Assembly (NCBI RefSeq): GCF_006345805.1
Contig: NC_043004.1
Span: 98,084,001-98,148,000, forward strand
Direction: 5' to 3'
DNA from: Octopus sinensis
Taxonomy: Eukaryota
DNA: 64,000 bases
Under the pieces are notes generated by a model. The model was not told the DNA's origin and searched no databases. It was given only the letters and a program-made list of their open reading frames with translations. This document shows positions 12,761 through 25,177 of this stretch, piece by piece; within the stretch, counting starts at the first letter, position 1; each line of letters opens with the position of its first letter. A program made the translations under genes and the position numbers.

Positions 12761-14154
12761 TATGTATGTGTGTACGTTTGTATGCATATATTCTGCATAT
12801 TCATGTGATTGTATGTATGTGTTCGCATGTTCGTGTTTGTGTGTGTACCTCTGTTCCTTGTGCGTGTATTTCTGACTGTGTCTGTGTGTGTGTGTAAGTT
12901 TTTGTAACTAAGTACTGTCCCTGTATGCATGGATGTGTTCTACAAATGTGTCGTTGTGTGAAGTGAAGTGTGTGTGTGTGTATGTTTGCTTGTGTATGCA
13001 CACCTGTCTGAAAATGAATAGACAAGCACACACACATGCGAAAATGAAGACTGAAACACATGACCAAGTACACACACACTTCACTTCACACAATGACACA
13101 TATGGGGACACACAGCCACACATATAGAGATACACTCCATACATACAGACACAGTACATAGTCACAATGACCCATAGAGACACACACACACCGAGCCAAA
13201 CATGCACACACGAGACAGAGGTACGCACACACATGCAAACACACACACATGCAAACACACACACACATAAAAACACAAACACGAACACACAAACATAAAA
13301 ACTTGAATATGCAGAAAACATACAAACTTACACACAAAACATATATAGATACGCACGCACGCACACACATATATTTATATATATACATGCATATACACAC
13401 TTACATGCATACATACAAGTGTATATGCACGCACACTGACCGACACACATGCGCACAAACAAACAATGTGTGACACTTGTAATCTCAGGAAAGCTAGACA
13501 GATTTATGTATGTTCAACTTCGAATATGAATTTCACACATTTCACTAACTGAGATGCAGGATTTTCTTTCATGCAAATTACGCTACAAATCCAAATAAAT
13601 GATGATTTCAAATCTATCGATACGCGTAACCGGCGGTTGTTTATTGAGATGACACGAATATCTTATGGCATAAGAACTGCCTGCAAAAACTAAGTTACAG
13701 CGTGCAATAGAAATGATATTGAGGCTACTATAAAATAGAGAATATCAGATATTTTTATTTCTTAATGTTTGGTTGCAGTAACGGAGGAGAACTTGCACCT
13801 GAAAACCAATAATATGCTGGAATGTCTGAAAGACAAAAGCATTACTTTTAATTCAAGGATACATATCTTTAAAGAGGGGGTCGTTTGGGCGATGTTCCAT
13901 TTAAAGGAAGATGTCACATTTCAGAGGAAGCTGCTTCTCAGATCAACGGCAAGAAAGTATTAGATGTATATTTATCCCCTCAAAAAGTCAGTCGGTGTCT
14001 ATTTATATATTTGGGGAAGCTTACGCTTCGTAATTACCAAATTACTTTAAAATGGTTCACTTATTTGCGAATCACGCAAGAAAAATATTGAATTTTGTGA
14101 AACAAATATTTAGCAAAGGACATCTAATAATTTAAGTTGTGCGATACTTTATCG

Positions 14155-14365
14155 TTTACTTGTTTCAGTCATTTGACTGCAGCCATACTGCGGTACACTC
14201 TTGAAGGGTTTTAATCAAACAAATCGACCCCAGAGATTATATTTTTTTAAGCCTAGTACTTTTCTATCGGTATCTTTTACCAAACCTCTAAGATATGGGG
14301 ACGGAAACACACACAAACACCGGTTGTCAAGAAGGGACGCAGGAGCAAATACAGACACAAAGACA
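14155..14365 (-). mobile_element. SINE family A, decayed 3' half
   Basis: TTTACTTGTTTCAGTCATTTGACTGC...ATCGACCC...CGGTTGTCAAG matches the family A tail. Confidence 0.75.
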
Positions 14366-14388
14366 CACACGTATACATACATACATAC

Positions 14389-14429
<41 letters not shown>

Positions 14430-14571
14430 TGAGTGTATTTTACCTTGCTAACAATTAACACGGAAAATAAATAAATAGTTACCAGGGCAGCAAAAATCTC
14501 ACAAGTAAAGGTGTTGTAACTCCTTGTTTATAAAGGTAGAAACTTCGTGTTTACGTTGAATATTTTGAATA

Positions 14572-14964
14572 ATATGAATAAAAAAAAATGGAGTTAACGC
14601 AGGTGTAATCAAATATTTTTACTTTCGACACATGTTTCGAAAATTCCACTGATACTATTCAAAAGAATAAATGGTATAAACATTGCAATCTTCTACTCTT
14701 TCTGTTAGCTACTTATGACGTTATATCATATAACGTTTTTTTATACTTTTTTAAACAATATTAATAGCGTTCTCTCTATCGCTATACAAATCCATCATTT
14801 TTTGCTAAAATGTCTTATTGACGAGTTTCGTTTTTTCACTTTCCTGAGGAGAAGATTGCATTGTTTATACCATTTATTCTTTTGAATAGTATCAGTGGAA
14901 TTTTCGAAACATGTGTCGAAAGTAAAAATATTTGATTACACCTGCGTTAACTCTATTTTTTTTA

Positions 14965-14971
<7 letters not shown>
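14572..14971. repeat. Inverted repeat, 122-bp arms (14572-14694 and 14850-14971), 155-bp spacer; Penelope-type terminal repeat structure
   Basis: Arms are reverse complements with about 3 differences. The right arm carries the 3' part of the hammerhead ribozyme and is followed by (TA)n. Confidence 0.9.
14831..14928 (+). ncRNA. Type I hammerhead ribozyme (predicted), cleavage after GUC at 14917
   Basis: Stem I ACTTTC (14838-43) with GAAAGT (14918-23), extended by T/A runs. Core CTGAGGA (14844-50). Stem II closed by GAAGATT (14851-57) with AATTTTC (14899-905), with inner hairpin TATTC-TTTT-GAATA. GAAA at 14906-09. Stem III AC-ATGT-GT (palindromic ACATGT). Cleavage triplet GTC at 14915-17. All conserved core nucleotides are present. 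Confidence 0.8.
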
Positions 14972-15005
<34 letters not shown>

Positions 15006-15007
<2 letters not shown>

Positions 15008-16000
15008 TTTTCGTGCGAAAGGTTTTGCTATACGGTGCCGTATTTTACAATCCTGTAAATAATAATAATGACATTTTTATATAAGCTTAAATCTTATGGT
15101 GATCACCGTGCAATGACTAATGAAATTATTGTAATAACGGGGCATATAAACCCTCGAAAGTAAAAAGGCACTCCTTTAAGAACTTCAGATTTTAACACAG
15201 TTGATTTTAAAGGCCGTCACAGTTTGTGTGTTGAAGTATATTTTGTTGTGTTTGTGGGGAGTCGTTCTCTTTTAGTGCCTTATTATTTAACACACTCACC
15301 AGTAAAGTTTCCATTCATTTACTTATTTATTTTTCCTAAAATTTTCCTTAGTCGTTGCACGGTGAACTTTTTAAGCTTATATAAAATATCACATGTATAT
15401 ATATACATAGGGAGAGTTTACGAAAAAGAAAAAAAAGACGAAGACAGTGGTTTACAAAACAAACAGATGTATTAGTATAACGCTCATATATTATATATAT
15501 ATATATTATATATATATGCTTTTCGTGCGAAAGGTTTTGCTATACGGTGCCGTATTTTACAATCCTGTAAATAATAATAATGACATTTTTATATAAGCTT
15601 AAATCTTATGGTGATCACCGTGCAATGACTAATGAAATTATTGTAATAACGGGGCATATAAACCCTCGAAAGTAAAAAGGCACTCCTTTAAGAACTTCAG
15701 ATTTTAACACAGTTGATTTTAAAGGCCGTCACAGTTTGTGTGTTGAAGTATATTTTGTTGTGTTTGTGGGGAGTCGTTCTCTTTTAGTGCCTTATTATTT
15801 AACACACTCACCAGTAAAGTTTCCATTCATTTACTTATTTATTTTTCCTAAAATTTTCCTTAGTCGTTGCACGGTGAACTTTTTAAGCTTATATAAAATA
15901 TCACATGTATATATATATACATAGGGAGAGTTTACGAAAAAGAAAAAAAAGACGAAGACAGGTGGTTTACAAAACAAACAGATGTATTAGTATAACGCTC
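15006..16000. repeat. Tandem duplication, two near-identical units, period 512 bp, joined through (TA)n
   Basis: GCTTTTCGTGCGAAAGG at 15006 and 15518. Identical duplicated ORFs in the track at 15224 and 15736. Differences are only small indels. Confidence 0.9.
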
Positions 16001-17199
16001 ATATATATATATATATATATATATGTAGGTCCCGGGTTGATTCGGGGTTAACCACAGTAAATAAGGTACTCAATACATAGCAGAGTAAAATTAATTTATA
16101 TATATATATATATATATACATTACTAGCTTCTTTAAGTTTCCGTCTATCCAATCCACTCATAAGGCTTTTTGTCGGCCCGTGTATTGTAAGTTATGTGAT
16201 AGTGTATGCAAGCAGTCCTACAGTTTGATGAACAGAGTGTCCCATAATTTACAAAAGTTAAAGAAACGATTTTGAAATACACTATATTGTACCCTCTCAT
16301 TATGTATTATCTGAACCAATTCTTCATGAATTATTTACCTCTCAACAGTAGAAAATTTCTTACTTCTATAAATACCAAATTTCTTGTTGATTGTATTATC
16401 ATTTCTAAATTGTATACCCACTTTTCTCTCTATTGTGTAAAAATGTAAAGAAAAAAAATCAGATATTCATAATTTGAACAATTCATATGCATGCTTTATC
16501 TGGCCCTAGAGATGGAACAAATGTTATGCTATAAAGCTTCCTAGCATTCTTATGACAGTAGCCAAAGGGTTGATAGGTCTACACATGTCAGGTCACATAG
16601 AAAAGGAACAACAATAGAATAGATATAGAAGAAACAAGAATATAATAAGCGCCACCTGTTGACAATCCCTTTTGAGTCATTGGCTGCAGTAAATCTTCTC
16701 TATATTCATTCAAGTCTGTGTGTATATCTGTGTGTTTGGAGAAATATGTTAGAGTATTATTATATAGTTAACTTTAAATAAAATATGTAACAAGCGCTAC
16801 AGATTGTTTCGAGAGCATAATAAACACGTAAACCACGATAAGAGATATAAAACAGTTGATGATCCTTTCTCCGTAATGCTCCGAAGGGCAAGTGTTTCGG
16901 TTTTCGAGATGATTATACTGCATCTATAAAATAGAATCGGTAGAGCAAGGGATCTCATCTAAACATGTCATCTATTTACATTTTATGATATAGTGTATAC
17001 ATTACTGTGAAGGGATTTTATAGAAATTTGAAGCAAAAGTTGTTTTGCACGATATGTAACAGCTTCACTTTGGGAATATGTTTCACGTTTCACTAAAATA
17101 TATCCGCTTATTACAGTGGTTCTCAAATTTGAAAATACCAGCCTGCACCAAAATATTTATAACATTGTTAGCTACATCTTTGTTATTAAGAAAAATGTC

Positions 17200-17712
17200 A
17201 ATAAATACTTGTTGATTTTTAATCAACCAAATATGAATCATTTTGTTGCACAATGCGTCTCCATCTTTCCTTTAACTTGAAAATACCCTCTTCCCAGAAT
17301 TGAGGTTGTTTCATGGCTGAGAATTCATCAAGGTATCTTTTTGCAACATGCAAGGAATTGAAATTTTTACCACTAAGACTATTCTGCCGAGACCTGAATA
17401 AGTGGAAATCTGAAGGAGCAAATACCTGGTGAATATGGAGGGTGGGGTAACATATCTCAGTCAAGCTGCAGCAATATTTGTCTGGTTCCCAAACCATCAA
17501 TTGCTGAAAATGAACTTTCTTATTTTCCATTTTAAAGGGTTACAGAATTAACACACGTTATTGGAAAATAAAACTTCTTCCACGAAAAGATAGGTTAAAC
17601 TGTGCTCTAAATGGAGGTGTAGTGAAATCCTATTTTATGAACTCAGCCATGATCTAAAATAAGTCGAATGGTAAGCTACGATAAATCGGCATGAACTTTC
17701 CAGACAACCCAA
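17200..17712 (-). mobile_element. Internally deleted mariner element
   Basis: 5' TIR (minus) TA|TTGGGTTGTCTGGAAAGTTCATGCCGATTT at 17683-17714. ORF MENKKVHF is fused directly to the C-terminus APSDFHLFRS...WEEGIFKLKERWRRIVQQNDSY. The 3' TIR was not found. Confidence 0.85.
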
Positions 17713-18198
17713 TATTTTGATAATTAAATATTATTAGGAATTGTATAAAATGTTGTTAAAATATTTGTGTATTGTAGAAATATAACGAATTTATTGCACA
17801 TATAGAAAAGGGAATAAGTTAAATACATTCTAACACTCTAAATACTTGTACCATAGCGTGAATTGGCGAATGGAAATCAAAAATGATTGATCGTTTATAG
17901 TGTGTGACTATTCATAGGAATTCTTAAGAAAGTGAAGAGCGTTTTTAATGTATTGATAACAGGACGAAATGCTTTTATAAGTGAAGTATCTCTCGGACGA
18001 TTAAAATGATGTTTAATTTCATAGCGTGCATGGCAGTAGCTACATATTCGCTGTACTTCAGCCAAATACATTTGAGAATGTATGGTTATAAAATGAAAAC
18101 CGTGTTTATACCAGCGTTTATTAAAGGAATACGTAATGATTTTAAATTTATGGTTAACTAGTTGCATATATACGAGGCATATCTGCCTGTTTGTCTAC

Positions 18199-18199
<1 letters not shown>

Positions 18200-18267
<68 letters not shown>

Positions 18268-18292
18268 CATCTATCCATCTATCAATCTATCT
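18200..18292. repeat. (TATC)n microsatellite
   Basis: Directly visible. Others at 36393-37120, 41445-41677 (as GATA), 49372-49474 and 55399-55475. Confidence 0.95.
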
Positions 18293-18351
18293 AGTTGTCT
18301 GTCTTTCTGTCTCTTTCTCGCTCTCTCTCTTTCTATATATATATATGTATG

Positions 18352-18385
<34 letters not shown>

Positions 18386-18387
<2 letters not shown>

Positions 18388-18690
18388 GAGGCGCAATGGC
18401 TCAGTGGTTAGGGCAGCAGACTCGTGGTCGGAGAATCGCGATTTCGATTCCCAGCCCGGGCGGTGTGTGTGTTTATTGAGCGAAAACACCTAAAAGCTCC
18501 ACCAGGCTCCAGCAGGGGGTGGTGGTGACCCCTGCTGTACTATTTCGCCCCAACTTTCTTTCACTCTCTCTTCTTGTTTCTTGAGTAATGCTGCGATGGA
18601 CTGGCGTCCTGTCCAGCTGTGGAGAACACATACGCCACAGAAACCGGAAAACTGGGCCCATGAGCCGGGCTAGGCTTGAGAAGGGCGACG
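18386..18690 (+). mobile_element. tRNA-derived SINE, family C, tail type 1 (V-SINE-like 3' part)
   Basis: A box TGGCTCAGTGG, B box TTTCGATTCCC, shared core GTGTTTATTGAGCGAAAACACCTAAA. The 3' part GATGGACTGGCGTCCTGTCCAG...CCACAGAAACCGG resembles V-SINE sequence from memory. Confidence 0.8.
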
Positions 18691-19492
18691 TTTATCGTTA
18701 TATATATATCGCTATCGTTATCGTTATATACATATACATACACATTATATATATATATATATATATTTACGCGTGTGTGTGTATGTATATATACACATCT
18801 AAAACAGTTTTCGTTCATATTTTTGCATTAGCTGGGTATCAAAATCTGTCTCACTACTTCTGATTTTCAATCTGGGAACATCTACAGTCAAGCCTCTTTG
18901 ATAAATCATTTCATTCTCCCACGGTTCGACAAACATTAAACTTGGTCTAGTCTCCACAGCGTAATTTCTATCACTTTAAATAGACGTGAAGTTTACTTAA
19001 ATTTTCTTTTTACCGATGGCCATTTATCTGCTTGCTCGTATTGATACTACGACACAAAATATTCCATTAAAAGCATAACATTAAAATATGTATGTACATT
19101 TTCCACAACATATCTACAACGCAAATTATCTAATTGACTTATCGATGAACATTTCTACACATTTTATGTAAACTTGGCTTTGATTGTTGTAAATCATGAT
19201 TTGAAGTCTTCTACGTCTGAATTCCGTTCTATTTTAATGTACGTTCACAAACTATGTTCTGAGAAATTATTATTCCATGTTTTTTTTTTTTTTTCTAATC
19301 TAAGAGTCTGCCTGCTGAAATTTACATTTTTGTTTAAGAAATAAAAGGAAAATTATACACGACCAATCTTGTTATTCCTTCGAACAATCTTTCTATTTTC
19401 TTTCTTCTTTTTCTTTTTGAATAAGCATTAGCATGAAGGTTAGTAGCACAAACAGGTAGCAGAAATTCCATTATTACAATACTCTGCCAGCC

Positions 19493-19893
19493 TCTCTCTT
19501 TACTCTTTTACTTGTTTCAGTCATTTGACTGCGGCCATGCTGTGAGCACCGCCTTTAATCGAGCAACTCGACCCCGGGACTTATTCTTTGTAAGCCCAGT
19601 ACTTATTCTATCGGTCCCTTTTGCCGAACCGGGACATAAACACACCAGCATCGGTTGTCAAGCAATGCTAGAGGGACGAACATAGACACACAAACACACA
19701 CACGCATATACATATATATGCATATATACGACGGGCTTCTTTCAGTTTCCGTCTACCAAATCCACTCACAAAGCTTTGGTCGGCCCGAGGCAATAGTAGA
19801 AGACACTTGCCCAAAGTGCCACGCAGTGGGACTGAACCCGGAACCATGTGGTTGGTAAACAAGCTACTTACCACACAGCCACTCCTGCGCCTA
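19493..19893 (-). mobile_element. SINE family A, full length
   Basis: Colinear with 2545-2951 from head TAGGCGCAGGAGTGGCTG to tail. Confidence 0.9.
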
Positions 19894-20849
19894 TTTGCAC
19901 TGAGGCAAATTTGTTGAAACGTCATATTTGTCTTCCCTGTCTGTCTCATCCATTTTAACTCTGATCTTTAAATGATCAAACTGCTGCGATGAAGTAAATT
20001 CCAGATACTATACTTTAATGAATTTAAATGAGGCATATATTTTCACAACCGTGGCTGATGTGGTAGCGGTAGAATATGTAAGTAAGAAGCTGTTGTTTTA
20101 GACAAACATTTGTTATTATATTTGACAATGATTTTCGTTTTATTTCCACTTGCCTTTTATTCATGACTTCCCGACTGGCTGTTTGTATGAACTTAAAATA
20201 TATTACCGGTACGTAAACGAAGTTATGTTTCAATTCTATATGGTACTAGAGAATACATACATAGATTCTATTGAACGCTGTATGTTAATAGACTGATATA
20301 AACATTTGTCTTTATCTACGATATCTTCACAGACAGAAAAAGAAGCTTCAGCCGAACATTTACAAATCTATAGACATATTCTATACTACAGAATAGCATA
20401 AAACAAATTGCTGTCAATACACCATAATTCGAAACAGTTGCCAAGAAAAACTTGCAATGCAATTCTATCTTTTCATTATTTTAAGTCCTTATTAATAGGA
20501 TGTCTCCAGGGGTATTTGCCGAAGATACTCACTTTCTGGTGAAAATTCAACAGAGGATTTGAAATGGCCCCCTCGGTTTTTCTTTCCTCGAATACATTAA
20601 GTATAAAGAAGTATTTATACACAATTGTGTTGTATAGATTGTTAAAAACACTCATTCTCATTACATCCTTCCCACAGAGACACAAGCACTTATATACATA
20701 TATATATCAGACAAGAGAAGTGGTGTAAGAAAGCCGATGTTTATTCTATATGTTTACAAATGTTTCATATGTAATAGATGATACATCGATATTAGCATAA
20801 ATAAAAAAAGATATATATATATATACACACATATATATTCATATATATG

Positions 20850-20880
<31 letters not shown>

Positions 20881-21129
20881 ATTTATGTATATGTATGCAT
20901 GTGTATATATATATGTATGTATATATATATATATATATATATATACACAAATACATATACATACACACGTACAGTTATTGTATTTGTGTGTGCATATTGT
21001 ACCGTGGACTTATTGTTTAGCCCCTATTGGTTTGAGTGTAAGCGACATACATTGGTAAAGCAGGGAGACTTTCCATCTCACATGTATTTGCCTTTCTTAA
21101 CGTAATGAGTTTATTTGGGACCTGGGATA

Positions 21130-22045
21130 GAAATTTTACTGTCTGTTGAACCACGCCAACACTTCGTAGAATACTATGGCTCTTTGCCTAGTTGCTGAAA
21201 AATCGCTTGGTGTTGAAATTTAAACCGTTACGCTATTGTATTTTTACTCAAGATGGAGAGGGTCATTCATTTGGTAGTATGGGGTAGCATCCATTTCGAT
21301 GTTTGTAAACCTTTCAATTCCGAAGTTCGGCGCTAGGCACTAGAACATCATCTTTATACATATCTCTGCGTATCTGCGAATTTTGGCAGAAGGGACCGAG
21401 CATTATTGTTTTTAGTACCATGTTTTTAATTTAACAGCCCTCTATTGCCTTGATCTCCAATTTTAATGTGATATGATATGGCGACTTCATTGTGAGCAAT
21501 GTTGCAGGCCACTGAGAACAAATGTTCTTCACAGAATCAAAATCGTTCTCTTTTTGTTATTCTGAATAATCTAAGAACAATGCACAGATATTTAGCTTCT
21601 GAATCTCAAAAGCTAACCAGCGATTTTATTTGAGATTGTTGCCAACTTAGTAATATGTACATGGAATGACGCATTTTTATTCATCTTGATCCAAAGATCA
21701 CACATTGATTGGAAGTCCAGGTTTGCTGTAACCGTTATTGCTTGGCACACTGATTGCAGTATATTTGATAACTGAAAACAGAACACTTAAGATTTTTCAG
21801 CATTGAGCAGCACATCGTTCTCATCCACTCACTTGTATATTGTATTCAGGGCTCTCTGTGGTGTTCGCTACCAGTGATATTTTTGTATTGTCGACGTGGC
21901 CGAATATCCACACTGGCAGTAATGGTTTCAGAAGAGTTCAGTAAGGTACACCACTTAAAACTGATTTCTCTGTGGATTAAGCAACATAAGCGTCAATTGA
22001 CTGATTCCTACTTTTTTAAAAAATCCATGCATTCAGTCGCCAATA
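21130..22045 (-). pseudogene. Decayed CR1-clade LINE reverse transcriptase fragment
   Basis: Minus translation shows DFLK..RNQ..SGVP, HVDNTKIS (YADDTKIS equivalent), MCDLWIKMNKNASFHVHITKLAT, LIL*RTFVLSGLQHCSQ and LAPNFGIE, in the order expected for CR1 ORF2. Related to 56855-57875. Confidence 0.7.
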
Positions 22046-22696
22046 TTATAATTTAAAACTGCAAAAGCACACAGGTAAAACAGTAAGTTATTGCTTATAT
22101 TTACAGTGCCTACACACGCTCACATATTGCACACGTATTCATAAATAAAACACACACACATACACACATGTATATCTGTGTATGTATAGATGTATATATG
22201 TATGTATGTGTGTGTATGTGTGTATACTTATATGTGCCACAATATGTTTAGTTATACTGATAATCATACATATGTGTGTAATTCTACATATGCACACACA
22301 TATACGTAGACAGATCGATAGGCACACAGATAGTTAGAAAGATGGCTACATACTGACATGCAGAAACATATTTATATATATGTGTGTGTGTGTGTGTGTG
22401 TTGTGTGTGTGTGTGTGTGTGTGTGTATTGACAGTTCAAAAGCAATTTTAATGGTGTTCCACATTAAGATATAATGGATGTTATTGTATGATGTGCTGCA
22501 GTCGGATGTGAAGAAATGGGGAATTTACAAGGAATGTGTGTGGACGTGGATTCCTGAAAAGCATTTTCTTCTCCACCCCTTCTAACAATCCCTTACGGAA
22601 ACCACCCTACTCCTGTTCTCCTTTCTCCAAATCTTTCTACAGCCTTCCCACCGCTCATAACCAAACATTACTTTAAACATACACGCATATACATAC

Positions 22697-22750
<54 letters not shown>

Positions 22751-23447
22751 ATTATATCCATATATTATATATAATATGTGTGTATATATATTTATATATG
22801 TATTATATATATATATGCCCATTAACAGCATCTTCCAGTTCCTTCCTTTTCTTTGCCATCCACAAACAATATGTTCCCCATTGCTTCAGACACTCACCAG
22901 TGCGCGGTGTCTTTGTGAGAAATGCCTCTACGCGATATGGTCAACTAGATAACTCAATAGAGGCTACTTAGTGGACAATTCATGTCCGAACAGCAGATGC
23001 ATTACCGGTCACTCTTTTCAACGGAATGGCTCTCAATCTATTTTATGTTTTTGTCTGTAGAACCCGACGAAGAAACCCCCTGCTCATCCGCTTCTCTTGC
23101 ACATACTCTCACCGTTTCTTCTGTACTCCCATTCTACGTGATCATTTCTGCCTCCGTGAATCTGTCTATTCCATTCGCTTATTTACTTTACTCTCTTTCT
23201 TTACTCTCATTGTAGCTGTATGTTTGTCTTTTTCTCATTTATTGCCCGCCATTTATTTCTCTACTTCTAGTACACATATTTCCATATATCCATCCATCTC
23301 TCTCTTTCACTCTCCCTCTCCCTCTCTCTCTCTGTGCCCCTCTCTGTATCCATTTATTTCCTATCAATCTATCAATTTGTCTATATACATATTAATCTAT
23401 CTCTCTTTGTCTCTCTACTTCTATTTATCTATATTTCTTTCTTTCTT

Positions 23448-23479
<32 letters not shown>

Positions 23480-23540
23480 CAGATTAACGTGATTGTGTAT
23501 TTGCGTGTGTGCATATGTATGTCTATAAGAGTGTGTGGTT

Positions 23541-23571
<31 letters not shown>

Positions 23572-23607
23572 GTACATATATTATATATGTGTATATGTAC
23601 ATATATA

Positions 23608-23648
<41 letters not shown>

Positions 23649-24522
23649 CATATTAGCCAACTCTATATAATGGATAGGGTTATTATTTATGATGTGTGTT
23701 AGGAGGAGGAAGAGGAAGAGAAGGAAAATGTGAACGGTTTAATTGGTGACGCAAGAATAATAAAAGACTGGACATGAGATGGAATCTCCACTACAATCTC
23801 TATCACCTCTACCACCACTTTCACTTGTACTACCACTGCTGTTGTGTCACTTTTCATATTTCAGAGGAAGCTGAGCATTCCGATTGTGTGTTTTTATATT
23901 AATGCATGCTTCTATATGCAGTGTAGGTAAGTGAAAGTCGTGGCGAAACGAAACCCCTCCACTTCCATTGTCGTGTATTAAGAGTCTTGATGATGTCGAC
24001 TATTATTCTCCAATGCTACCGTGCTATTATATACCGGATTGAAGGATCAGAATAACAAGATGTTTCCATTATCATAGTTCCATTCTTTGATCTGTGAACC
24101 AAAATCTCATAAGGTTATTTTCTAATCAAACAGCATCAATGTGCCAAAATGTAAATAACAGTCTCCGTGTTTCTGTGTCCTACTTTGTGTTTATGTGTTG
24201 AAAGCGTACGTAAGAACGTTCATACGTGTGTGCGTGCGCGCGCGTGTGTGAAAGTAAATAGAGTTTAAAGCCCTTATCTAAAGATTTCATGCAGATAACA
24301 GTCATGCTGATATGATTTTAAACACATCAGATCCAGCACATTTTTATCATATCTCATGAACAGTAGAAAAAAAGAAGAAAAATAGAACAGCATATAAGCA
24401 TATATTTTATAAGTACATGCTCACACACACTTATATGTATATGAAAATTAGCATTAGTTCTTGATTGCCGGCTCTATCAAGATGTATGAATGTCACATAT
24501 ATACATATATACCTATTCATAT

Positions 24523-24838
24523 CACCGTGATCACCGTGATCGACCAGGCTATCAGATGTTGCTACACATCGCTGGTCACAATGCGCTTCGCATTGTTTTA
24601 GCCTTCAAATGACGCCACCCCGCTGGCTAAGCGAGCAGGCCAACAGAAGAAAGAGTGAGAGAAAGTTGTAGCGAAAGAGTACAGCAGGGATCGCCACCCC
24701 CACACCCTGCAGGAGCCTCGTGGAGCTGTAGGTGTTTTCGCTCAATAAACACTCACAACGCCTGGTCTGGGGAATCGAAACCGCGATCCTCTCGACCGCG
24801 AGTCCGCTGCCCTAACCACTGGGCCATTGCGCCTCCAC
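24523..24838 (-). mobile_element. SINE family C, tail type 2, with 12-bp TSD
   Basis: Same head and core as 18386. Distinct 3' part ending in (CACGGTGAT)2. TSD ACCTATTCATAT at 24511-24522 and 24839-24850. Confidence 0.9.
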
Positions 24839-25177
24839 ACCTATTCATATACATAATTATATACATAGAAACTCACGTGCACATATCATTTCTGCATGCA
24901 TGCATATATGCTTGCGCAGGCATGTACAATTGTGCTTCGGTTTGCACGGGAATTGTTTCTCACGATTTCATTTTAGCACATCGAGCTGGCAGAATTGCTA
25001 ACGCTACGGATGAAATGCTTCACGGTTTTTGTTCCGGTTCCTTACGTACCGTGTCGAGGTTCCTTCAAAGTCAACTTTGGCATCGATATAATTGACAAAT
25101 ACCATCCTCATAAATTGCTGACCTTGTGCCAAAATGTAAATATATTATTATTATTAGGACATTAATTTTTTAAAGAG

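Noticed and set aside
13779-13965. Exon-like stretch after a pyrimidine-rich TTGCAG acceptor
   Set aside because: No convincing donor, and no recognisable peptide in any frame.
16025-16095. 70-bp TG-starting insert between (TA)n tracts, possibly an LTR end
   Set aside because: Single short copy with no partner terminus, PBS or PPT; cannot be classified.
17113-17130. CAGTGGTTCTCAAA, resembling a hAT/Charlie TIR; also CAGAGTGTCCCA near 16233
   Set aside because: No matching opposite TIR or TSD found.
18386-18460. tRNA-like sequences at SINE heads (also 26709, 43539, 44170-44243)
   Set aside because: They have A and B boxes but no complete cloverleaf or acceptor stem, and continue into SINE bodies; not tRNA genes.
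21830-21915. Apparent minus-strand exon (WIFGHVDNTKISLVANTTESPEYNIQ) with a GTGAGT donor
   Set aside because: It lies inside the decayed CR1 RT; HVDNTKIS is the YADDTKIS motif.
22895-23140. Minus-strand donor CTG|GTGAGT and plus-strand acceptor TTTTTGTCTGTAG|AACCC
   Set aside because: Neither has a convincing partner site or a recognisable peptide.
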